A stretch of 64,000 bases of DNA from assembly GCA_045837725.1 (NCBI GenBank), contig JBEWZL010000163.1, positions 558,001 through 622,000 on the forward strand, written 5' to 3'. Under the pieces are notes generated by a model. It was not told where the DNA came from, ran no database searches, and saw only the letters and a program-made list of their open reading frames with translations. The position numbers and the translations under genes were made by a program. Every line of letters starts with the position of its first letter. Position 1 is the first letter of the stretch. Source of the stretch: Vermamoeba vermiformis. Its lineage: Eukaryota. Positions 37,836 through 46,746 of the stretch are shown piece by piece.

Positions 37836-40800
37836 TCAGTCCTCTGAGGCGTAAGTTTGAATGAAGTGATCGATCAAACTTATCAGTTCGGCGGGTGTAG
37901 AGCACTTGCGTACCAACTTCTCGTTGTTTTCTTTCGCTGAAGTAGAGCGGGAGTACGTTGATGAGAGTCCAACGAGTTGATTAATGTTCTTTTTGAGAGG
38001 AGCGAGTGATGACGTGGGTTTGATGGATTGTTGAATCAGGCGGAGCGATTGCACGAGTTGATTGTCCGTTGATTGACGTTGACGTTTGACAGGAGTTTTC
38101 TCACTTAAGATTTCTTCTTCGATTGTAGGCGGCGGTGAGTTCGGTTTGTCGGTAGAAGACAAACTATCATTCTCTTCAAGTTCGGCGCGGCGCGGTTTCT
38201 GAATGCGGAGTTGTGACACGTTGACGCGTTTGACATAAGCGGGATTTTCTTTGAGCGCGATCTCGGCATTGAGTCCATCGATTTTCTTAATGACGAAGGG
38301 GCCATCATTTTTGTAGGCAAGCTTGTGAGTAGTACCTTCATCAAGTTTGTATTTGTTATACCAAACTATTGAGTCAGGCGGAATTTTCTTTTCGTCTTTC
38401 TTCTTCTTGTCGTAATTCTTCTTTTGATGAGCTTGCGCTTTCGTGATGTTCGTTTTCGAAATCTTCTTGGCAATGGCTAGGCGATTGAGCATATCTTTAG
38501 CATAACCTTGATAACTGTCGTGGATCTGAGGAGGCGGCGAGATGTGATCCCAGGGCACGGGCATTTTCGCGTGTCGACCATAGAGCAGGAAGAACGGCGT
38601 AAATTTCGTCGATTCATGAACGGCAGTGTTGTAGGCAAAGAGAACAAAGCGGAGATATTCGTCCCAGTCGTCTTGTGATTCGTTGACATAAGGCGTGAGC
38701 ATTTTTGCCAAGGTGTGATTGAATTTTTCCGTGAGACCGTCGGTTTGAGGGTGATAGGCAACAGTGCGGATTTTCTTCGTGTTGAGCAGCTTGTAGACTT
38801 GTTGAATCATTTCGGAGTTGAAATTATCAGCTTGATCCGTGATGATCTGACCAGGCGATCCGTGGCGGCAAACAATTTCTTCGACTAATATACGGGCGAT
38901 GTCTTCTGATGAGATATTGAAGAGCGGGAAGGCTTCAACCCATTTAGTAGCGTAGTCAGTGATGACGAGAATGTATTTGTAGCCGTTGCGTGATTCTTTG
39001 AAGGGTCCAAGGATGTCCATTCCAATAGTGTCGAAGGCGTCGGTGATTGGAATAGTCTTGAGTTTTCCATAGAGTTTTCCATAAACTTTTCTTCGCGTGC
39101 AGGATTCGCAGGATGTGACGTAGTGATGCACGTCACGAAGCATACCAAACCAATAGAAGCGTTCGCGAATTTTGTTGAGTGTCTTGAAGAATCCAAGATG
39201 AGCACCAAATAGAGAGTCGTGATAGAACTTCAGAATTTTCGGTCGCAGATGCAGCGGCAAGAAGATCTGTCGATGTTCGTCTAGGGCACGTCCAAAGGGT
39301 TTCCAAATTCTATATAATATTCCATCTTCTATTACTAGGTCGGCAGTGATGCGTTGAAGTTGTAGATTTTCTTTCTGTGAAGCAGGCTCGATCTTCTTCT
39401 CGAAGTAGTCGCAGATGTAGGAGATCGTTGGATCCAGGCGTTGATTTTTACGGAAATATTCTTCTGAAAAGGGTAATGGTTCTTCTTGGGTGTTGTTGAG
39501 TTCGGTGGTGACGATAGGAGGTCGTGACATAGCGTCGGCATTAGTGTGAGATTTTCCGGATCTGTAGACAATGTCGAAATCATATTCTTGAAGCTGAATG
39601 GCGTGTTTGATGAGCTTAGAGTTTGCATCAGACATTTTGAAGACTAATGAATGATGATCAACGACGAGTTGAAATTTCCTTCCGATAAGGAAATAGCGGA
39701 AGTATTTGACAGCGTGAACCATAGCTAGCGATTCTCTTTCAGTGGCAGACCATGAGCGTTGACCAGGAGTAAGAGTTTCGGACCAATATGCGATGACTCG
39801 GGGCTTGTCGTCAAAAGTTTGGCTGAGAATTCCACCAAGTCCAACGGATGAGGCGTCAGTGTAGAGCATGAAGGGCTTGTTGAAGTCGGGATAGGCCAAA
39901 ATAGGAGCTTTGACGAGTTTGGCTTTGAGTTTGTCGAATGAGGCTTGCTGTTCTTGCGTCCATTGATATTTCGTATCAGATCTGGTGAGTTTGACCAAGG
40001 GCTCGGCGTGTTTCGCGTAATTCTTGATGAATTTGCGATAATATCCAGAGAGACCAAGGAAGGAGCGTAATTCATGAATATTTTTAGGTACTGCAGCGTC
40101 GCGGACTTTTGCAATCTTTGACGGATCTGTTGCAATTCCTTTTTCGGAAACCACGTGACCAAGGAAGGGCAGTTCACGTTGGCAGAAGCGGCATTTGCTG
40201 GGTTTGAGCGTGATACCAGCACTTGCGAGAGCGCCAAATACGGTTTCGAGGTTGTTGAAGTGTTCGTCGAGATTTCTACCAAAAATGATAATATCGTCCA
40301 TATAAACTAAGCATATATCCCATAAGAGGCCAGAGAGTACGATGTCCATGAGGCGTTGAAAGGTGGCAGGGGCGTTGCAGAGACCAAAAGGCATGCGTCG
40401 GAATTCGAAGAGACCAAACGGAGTTGAGAACGCAGTCTTGTGTTGATCTTCAGGCTTGACTCGAATTTGCCAAAAACCACTATCAGCGTCTACACCAGAG
40501 AAGTAGCAATTGCCACTAAGCAGTGTAAACATGTCGTCGATGCGCGGCAGCGGGTAGACGTCTTTGCGAGTGATTTCGTTCAATTTTCTATAGTCAACGC
40601 AAAATCGCAGGGAACCATCTTTCTTCTTAACTAGCACTACTGGTGACGAGTATGATGATGATGAAGTAGTGACGACTCCATTTTGTAGCATTTTGTCGAT
40701 GATTTGCTTTGCTTCGTCGCGGTAGGCGTAGGGGATTCTGTAGGGCGATTGTTTGATGATTTGACCATTCGTTTCTATCTTGTGTTCAACTAAGTCGGTG

Positions 40801-41741
40801 CTACCAAGGTTACCAGTTGAACCAAAGACGAATACGTGCTTCCATTTCCATAATATGGCTTTCAGGCGCGATAGTATATTATCTTCTAACTTCATTTCGT
40901 CGAAATTGAATAGTTTGAAGAATTCTTCTTGTGATATGTCGATTTTGAGAGCGTTGAGATCGTTGAGGACAATCTTCTGAAAGGGAACAAGTCGACCAAT
41001 TTTCCGATGAGCAGGAAGGGCAATGTCGCGGTTTGTAGGGTTCAATAGTCGCAGAGGAATACGACCATTCGAGCACTTGACCAGAGCTTCGGCGAGGATC
41101 ACACCATGTTGCGTGGTAAAGGCGTCAGAACGTTCAACAAAGGCGTAGACATTTGTACCAAAATGCACGTCGTAGGGCAAGAGAACTTCACTGCGGGCAG
41201 GTACGATGACTTGTTGATCAAACTTGAGGGTAATAGTCTTATCGATGATCTCGTGTTCTTTGAATTCGATCGGCGAGTGATGAAATTTCACCGATTGAGT
41301 TGACAAGTCGATGACGGGCTTTATCGTTGTCAAGATATCCATACCAAAGATTAGAGGGTAGTTAACTTCATCAGACACGAAGAATTTGAAGTCTCCGTGG
41401 AAACCATTTGTCAAGCGAATTGGCAAAATGACTGATTCGTTAACGCGCGTGAGTTGACCATTTGAGTTCTTAATGAAGCGATGTTCTTTCGTTGTCTTGA
41501 ATTGGGGAAATTGTTGTAGGGTCTTGTGGTTGATAAAGGAGCGGCTGGCACCAGTGTCCCAAAGAGTGACGAAGGTCTTGTCAACTAGGAACGAAGTGAG
41601 TACCAAGGGTTTTGATTCGGCGGGATTGTCGGGCAGGTTGAGGGGTATATCGGGTATAGGAGAGGGTGTGGTGGTGATTGGAAGTGGCTCGTTAGCGCCA
41701 GAAGAGCATGAGCCTAATGCTCTTCCAAGAGGTCGTTTCCC
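37836..41741 (-). CDS. pol: pol: aspartic protease, reverse transcriptase, RNase H, integrase; expressed by -1 frameshift from gag
   Basis: LWDTGAS; RFCVDYRKLN, MPFGLCNAPATFQR, YMDD; YTDAS; HHCC zinc finger, DDE core (MDILGP, TDQA, TEKFN), GPF motif; frame open from the slippery site to the stop at 37836. Confidence 0.95.
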   Translation of the reverse strand, partial: GKRPLGRALGSCSSGANEPLPITTTPSPIPDIPLNLPDNPAESKPLVLTSFLVDKTFVTLWDTGASRSFINHKTLQQFPQFKTTKEHRFIKNSNGQLTRVNESVILPIRLTNGFHGDFKFFVSDEVNYPLIFGMDILTTIKPVIDLSTQSVKFHHSPIEFKEHEIIDKTITLKFDQQVIVPARSEVLLPYDVHFGTNVYAFVERSDAFTTQHGVILAEALVKCSNGRIPLRLLNPTNRDIALPAHRKIGRLVPFQKIVLNDLNALKIDISQEEFFKLFNFDEMKLEDNILSRLKAILWKWKHVFVFGSTGNLGSTDLVEHKIETNGQIIKQSPYRIPYAYRDEAKQIIDKMLQNGVVTTSSSSYSSPVVLVKKKDGSLRFCVDYRKLNEITRKDVYPLPRIDDMFTLLSGNCYFSGVDADSGFWQIRVKPEDQHKTAFSTPFGLFEFRRMPFGLCNAPATFQRLMDIVLSGLLWDICLVYMDDIIIFGRNLDEHFNNLETVFGALASAGITLKPSKCRFCQRELPFLGHVVSEKGIATDPSKIAKVRDAAVPKNIHELRSFLGLSGYYRKFIKNYAKHAEPLVKLTRSDTKYQWTQEQQASFDKLKAKLVKAPILAYPDFNKPFMLYTDASSVGLGGILSQTFDDKPRVIAYWSETLTPGQRSWSATERESLAMVHAVKYFRYFLIGRKFQLVVDHHSLVFKMSDANSKLIKHAIQLQEYDFDIVYRSGKSHTNADAMSRPPIVTTELNNTQEEPLPFSEEYFRKNQRLDPTISYICDYFEKKIEPASQKENLQLQRITADLVIEDGILYRIWKPFGRALDEHRQIFLPLHLRPKILKFYHDSLFGAHLGFFKTLNKIRERFYWFGMLRDVHHYVTSCESCTRRKVYGKLYGKLKTIPITDAFDTIGMDILGPFKESRNGYKYILVITDYATKWVEAFPLFNISSEDIARILVEEIVCRHGSPGQIITDQADNFNSEMIQQVYKLLNTKKIRTVAYHPQTDGLTEKFNHTLAKMLTPYVNESQDDWDEYLRFVLFAYNTAVHESTKFTPFFLLYGRHAKMPVPWDHISPPPQIHDSYQGYAKDMLNRLAIAKKISKTNITKAQAHQKKNYDKKKKDEKKIPPDSIVWYNKYKLDEGTTHKLAYKNDGPFVIKKIDGLNAEIALKENPAYVKRVNVSQLRIQKPRRAELEENDSLSSTDKPNSPPPTIEEEILSEKTPVKRQRQSTDNQLVQSLRLIQQSIKPTSSLAPLKKNINQLVGLSSTYSRSTSAKENNEKLVRKCSTPAELISLIDHFIQTYASED
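41686..41741 (-). promoter_or_regulatory. -1 programmed ribosomal frameshift signal: slippery G_GGA_AAC plus H-type pseudoknot
   Basis: Heptamer at 41735-41741 in gag phase; stem 1 GAAGAGCAT/ATGCTCTTC; loop GGCTC pairs with downstream GAGCC (41686-41690); pol is in the -1 frame. Confidence 0.88.
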
Positions 41742-43336
41742 GGCTCGGGTGCGCCATCATCAACGATGTAGTAGGATTCTTCTACATTGTTGACTTCGTC
41801 TTGAGGGCCAGTAGAGGCAGCAGCGTCGGCAGTCTCCACTTCTTCGATGTTGTTGTGCTGAGGCGTCGTGAAGTCAAGGCGTCGCACAGCTGACGGGTAG
41901 TTGTACTTTGAATTGGCGGACGTAGGAGCAGGAGTCTTGGGCGTAGCAGTATAGGGCATTGAAGGGGTCTTCGGCGTATACGGCTTTGGAGTGTTGAAAT
42001 TCACGGGGCGAGGAGCGGGGGAATTTCCAGGGTGAGATCCGTAGATCGGCGGTCGCTGGGGCATTACAGGGCGAATGACTTGGTAGATTGTTTCTTTCTT
42101 CGTGACAGGCTTCTTAGGCTTGAATAATGCTCTCCAAGATTCGGCGTTCTGTGCAGCGTTGTAAGCAGAGTCAAGATCTTTCGGATGCGAGTTCTTAACC
42201 ATGTGCTCACGTAACTCTTCAGTAAGACCATCAATAAAAGAGATCATTTTATCGAAGTCAGACTTATTAGTCACGCGATTAGCGACATCAAGGAAACGTT
42301 CGTAGTATTCTTCGACCGTTTCTCCGTCGTTCATACGGGTGTTTTGGAGCTTGTGCGTATTGATCATGATACGATCAATATTATTCCATTTAGTGAAAAT
42401 TGCATTGACGATTTGGGCAAATGTCATCGTCGAAATATCCAGCTCTTTGAACAAAAAGTCGTTCAATGTGCCTTCAGTTCGGAACAAGAATACTTGACGG
42501 ATGTCAGCATCTGTCCAACGCTGATTGCGAGCGATGGCTTGCAATTTCTCGATCCAGTGCACGATGTCATTGCTGACAGGTGACTTGATTTTCGTGATCG
42601 CAGGCGGAATGTGCTTATCTTCAAGAACTCTACGCACATCAGAGTCTTGTTGATTTTGAGCGTTCGAACCAGTGTTATTAAAAGGTCTAACATTGGTAAT
42701 ATTTCCGCTTGAGTAGGGATCTGAGCGAGATCTAGAGGTAGATCCGTTCGCGATGTTAGGGTCTTCGCGTTGCGGAGTCTCACTAATCTTTTCGATCAAA
42801 TTTTGAAGCAGTTGGTTGGTGTCACTCATGTCTGCTCGCATTTGACGAATTGAGTTAGTGTTCTCTGTCAAGAGATCGCGGTGACGACGGTTACTTTCAG
42901 CCAGGTTTTCCACTTGCTGTCGTAATCGATCGTAGTCCTGTCCAGAGGGCATGGCGGCATTGGCGGCAACATTGGGCTGCGGCGGTTGCTTCGCGGCTGG
43001 GGTCACAGGTGGTGGAGCTTTGAAGCCGGCAGGTGGTGTCTTCGGATTGGGTCTTTGTCCATTGTTTTCGGGCAACTGAGGAGGAACAGGCTCGGGTTGC
43101 AACACAGGTTGAGGGCTGTTGAGAGGGCTTAACACACCATCGGATACCATGTCGCGAGAACTAGCGAGAGAGGCTTCGCTGGGAGATCTCGGCGGTGTTT
43201 GGATCGGAGAGTTGTTATTGTTCGGGCCAACATTAGTGTTGCTTGGGACATAAGTCGCAGGACCTCCCTTCCCTTTGATATGAGGTGGGCGTCCAGGTCT
43301 TCTTTTCACGGGGGCGGCGAAGTCGCGAGTAGACAT
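41714..43336 (-). CDS. gag: gag (540 aa)
   Basis: Position between PBS and pol; capsid-like region WIEKLQAIA...W and MHR-like MNDGETVEEYYERF; Pro-rich ends. Confidence 0.88.
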   Translation of the reverse strand: MSTRDFAAPVKRRPGRPPHIKGKGGPATYVPSNTNVGPNNNNSPIQTPPRSPSEASLASSRDMVSDGVLSPLNSPQPVLQPEPVPPQLPENNGQRPNPKTPPAGFKAPPPVTPAAKQPPQPNVAANAAMPSGQDYDRLRQQVENLAESNRRHRDLLTENTNSIRQMRADMSDTNQLLQNLIEKISETPQREDPNIANGSTSRSRSDPYSSGNITNVRPFNNTGSNAQNQQDSDVRRVLEDKHIPPAITKIKSPVSNDIVHWIEKLQAIARNQRWTDADIRQVFLFRTEGTLNDFLFKELDISTMTFAQIVNAIFTKWNNIDRIMINTHKLQNTRMNDGETVEEYYERFLDVANRVTNKSDFDKMISFIDGLTEELREHMVKNSHPKDLDSAYNAAQNAESWRALFKPKKPVTKKETIYQVIRPVMPQRPPIYGSHPGNSPAPRPVNFNTPKPYTPKTPSMPYTATPKTPAPTSANSKYNYPSAVRRLDFTTPQHNNIEEVETADAAASTGPQDEVNNVEESYYIVDDGAPEPGNDLLEEH

Positions 43337-43376
43337 CCAGATGCGTTGCAGAAGTTGTCGAGAATGAGTCCAGGAA

Positions 43377-43390
43377 GGTAATCGGAACCA
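43377..43390 (-). other. Primer binding site TGGTTCCGATTACC, 3 nt downstream of the 5' LTR
   Basis: Starts with TGG (complement of CCA) and implies a tRNA ending ...AAUCGGA-A-CCA, most like tRNA-Glu (inference). Confidence 0.75.
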
Positions 43391-43393
43391 AAA

Positions 43394-43612
43394 TGTAACG
43401 TTGTTGTTTATTAAAATAAAAGGGAATACAAGATCGGATTCGTTTTACAACGTTTTTTTTATACTTGACCGTAGAATGTTCTAGGTCATTCTATATATTA
43501 TTAATTATTTGTTGTCATATTGCTATTGGGTTATTGATGTTGTTCGAAGCTTCTTCGTCATCGTGGAGTTTTCACTGAAATTTCCGCGATGATGACTAAT
43601 AGCGTCGTTACA
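43394..43612 (-). repeat. 5' LTR (219 bp)
   Basis: Direct repeat of 37560-37813, differing by 35 missing bases and one substitution. Confidence 0.95.
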
Positions 43613-44555
43613 GGCATAGAAGTCTTGCCCAGTGTCGAGCTGATTTGAACGATGGTGCCGATGCGTTGTTTGCGCATGGTAGGGAGGACAGCTTGGCTCA
43701 TGAAAACGGATCCGAAAAAGTTGGTTTCCATGACCCGACGAACATCTTGCTCGGAGTACTTCTCTGCCACATTGACGATGGTAAATGCAGCGTTGTTGAT
43801 CAGCACATCGATACGGCCGAACTTTTCGATGGTTTTGGCGATGGCGTTCTCGATCGATGCGCGATCAGTCACATCCAACTTCAATGCGAGGGCAGACTGC
43901 GGAAATCTCTTCTCGAAGTCAGACACTTTGGTAACGTCTCGAGCTGTAGCTACTACATGCTGTCCTGCAGTCAGAAAGTGCTCTGCGAGGTAAAATCCAA
44001 GGCCGCTTGAACATCCGGTGATAAGAAACACTTGTTTTGACATTTGATTGGTTGGTAAGCGTTGATTGTATTTGATTTTGATAAACAATATTCTAAGCTT
44101 TAGTTATTTAAAGCAGAATGAATCACACGGAGTAAAGGGGATCCGAGACTTCTCCGTCGATATTCTTCGCGATACTTGCCTTAATTGGAAGTATTTGCAA
44201 TCTTTGCTGCAGTATCGTCTAGAAACATCCGCGAAGCTTTGAAATTTCTGTAGCAGATTTCATTTAAAAGGAGAAAAGGAGAAACGATGAAATGACTAAA
44301 TATTATGTATAAGACGCCAAATCGCTCAAAATTGGATCAAATGCTCATGGCTCGATGCATTGTTTTGTATTGCTCATTATTTTGAAAAAGAAATGCAAAA
44401 AATTATCTTGTTCCGAGTTCTTTTAATAGATAGCGATTATGCATAAAAGCATCTTGCTCTTTCCACTTGCAACCTAATCGTCCAATCGCCTGCATTTATG
44501 TAATTAGAAACTTTTTGTAACAGCGATTTGTTTGACACGTGTCAAAAGTACGAAC

Positions 44556-46161
44556 TTACTTGATAAGAAACGGAGCTTGCAAACGCACGGAAGGCAGTGA
44601 CTTGTCTGCGACATATGTGAACGACATTAATTGAGTGAGTTGTACTAATTCTCGGACAAGCTCATGAGAATTGATAGTCAGATGCAAACGAACCAAATTT
44701 GGCAACCTTCGAAGGCCAGATCTGATCAAGTCTACGTGTTGAAACGATTAATGGTGATCGTAAACTAATATAGTGGTACCTTTAGAGGTAAATATAGGTA
44801 GCTCGATGTGCACCAAGTTCGTCAACTTTGAGATCTGTTGCGTAAAAATTTGTTCTGCGTTTCTGGGCAAGACGAAAACAATTGGCTTTGGTACGATTGA
44901 TAACGATCTTAAAGTACTAATTTTGCATATAGCTTCGCAGATAGCATCGTCATAGACGGGAGATTGAATGCTAAGTGTCTTCAAATCCGGCGGAAAAATT
45001 AATCGTGGTGGTAAATTAGGCTGTGCTGCTAGATTTTTCAATGTCAATTTTGTCATTTTTTTCATATGGCTGAAGTCTTCAATAGGCATGATTCCAATAA
45101 ACGTCAAATTGACCAAGTTTGTTAATTTCGTTAAAGTCTCCAGGTTAGTGTTGTTGAAGTACGGACGTAGATTAAGCTTCGTAAGTCTCGTGAAATTTCC
45201 TAATAAGGAATAGTCAAGATGATTGTTTTGAAAAATTCCGGTGAAATCGATTTTCAACGACGCCAATTTTGGTAATTGCGCAATAACGTCAAGTTCTGAG
45301 TTGCTTGGTCCGATACTTGCAAATTTCTGCAAATCTGTCATACGCATCAGCCATAAAAAATTGTCTGTCAGTCGGAGATTGGTGTCCAAAGAGACCAAGT
45401 TCGTTAACATTGAAATTTCTTCGATTAATTTCGGACTTGTTGGCAGTCGCAGTTTCAATTTTTTCAGCGTCGTTAATGCGCTCAATCCTGTTGCTAATAT
45501 AATGATAAATTAGGAACGAGGGCTTCTAAAAAAATGACATTTTGACACTTTGACACTTCTACGTACTCACTGCTATGGTCAGCGATAAGCTCGTTAAATG
45601 CCTATTCTTGGCAAAATGTCCACAATTGAGCATCATGAGGTTATATACAACGGAGAATTCGTGCAATTGTGTGAATGCGGACAAAAAGATTGGTACTTCT
45701 TGCAACAGCTCGAGTCTGTAATTGTTTGCTGTAGCGCTGAAGTCCATTGCAAGACTTGTCAGATGAGACGCTTTAATTAGGCTATTCAAACTGAATATTT
45801 TTAATGGGGCTGAACCCTTCCGTGGTCTGAATCTAAGACTTGCTGAGCGCAGACTAAGTAGATCCAGCTTGGTGAGCCAATCAAGCTGTTCAGGTGTTTC
45901 TAAATTACTAACAACTTTTTTATCCGCGAGCTTCCACGAATAAGATAATTTGTGCTTCGTGACCAAGCCAAATCTGTCACAATAAAATTATTTAATTTCA
46001 AAATTAATCAAAATCGATTAGATTCTTTATATTAAATACTCTCGGTAATTTATTAATTAACGGAATGAAGCCAGACCGGTTGCTTACCTAATAACGTCGT
46101 AGAATTCCAAATAGCTCCAGATCTCCTTTAAAATATCTTCTGGAAGCGTCAATATGTTCAT
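44556..46161 (-). CDS. F-box/LRR protein, 4 exons
   Basis: MNILTLPEDILKEIWSYL F-box start; LxxLTNLxxL repeats; last exon ends APFLIK-stop. Confidence 0.8.
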
Positions 46162-46372
46162 TTATCGTGCTATTTTATAAATACAATTATCATCAATGTG
46201 GTTGCGTTTCGTTTGTCGTGACAAAAAACTCGTCTCGATCGAAGGGCTTCCTTGTCCTTCGGGTTCTATGCGCATGTATTGCGTAACCTGTCGTATGTGA
46301 CAATAAACACCAGGTTGTGTTGCATCGGACAGTTATTCGATAAATAAACCACTTAGCTGTTCGTTTGATTTT

Positions 46373-46453
46373 GGGTACCAACGTAGCTCAGTTGGGAGAG
46401 CGCAAAACTACAATTGTGAGGTCGCGGATTCGATCTCCGCCGTAGGTACTCCA
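46373..46453 (+). ncRNA. Atypical tRNA-like element (tRNA pseudogene or tRNA-derived ncRNA)
   Basis: D arm TAGCTCAGTTGGGAGAGCG, variable AGGTC, T arm GCGGA-TTCGATC-TCCGC, 6-nt anticodon loop, extended acceptor stem, T-run at 46461. Confidence 0.7.
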
Positions 46454-46746
46454 TCCATAATTTTTTTTTTTGCTTGACATCAAGTTTAACTTAAGCAATC
46501 AATGGGTTAAGTCTTATTTCCCCTGGTTTCCAAAGCTACAAGGAAAATTTTCATTAAACACGAACCACAATCACGATTCACGTACAACTATTAACACATT
46601 ATTTATTAACAATTCCGACTAAACGATATCTGCATAAAACTGCGCGGTAAGCGTCGCAAAACGATTAATTGGATTTTTTCGTATTAATCAGATTTTTATT
46701 TTCTTTATTTTATATAGTGACCTAATATTCATATTAATAATAGGAT

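Larger units (their letters stand above)
37560..43612 (-). mobile_element. Full-length Ty3/Gypsy (Metaviridae) LTR retrotransposon
   Basis: Two LTRs with TGTAACG...CGTTACA termini, 5-bp TSD GGCAT (37555-37559 and 43613-43617), PBS, gag, and pol in PR-RT-RH-IN order. Confidence 0.97.
37143..44043 (-). pseudogene. Short-chain dehydrogenase/reductase (SDR) gene interrupted by an LTR retrotransposon (5' part 43613-44043, 3' part 37143-37559)
   Basis: TGCSSGLG, DVT, NNAA and ISS lie in the 5' part, YSASK and EPG in the 3' part; removing the element and one TSD copy restores KTSMPASSIYSASK in frame. Confidence 0.93.

Noticed and set aside
37560..43612. Removal of the retrotransposon as an intron to restore the SDR (donor-like GTAACG at the LTR start)
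   Set aside because: The two nearest AG acceptors in the 3' LTR leave 26 or 16 extra nt, and both are out of frame
43612..46373. tRNA-targeted integration as in Ty3 or Dictyostelium DGLT-A
   Set aside because: The nearest tRNA-like element is about 2.8 kb away and the insertion is inside a coding exon
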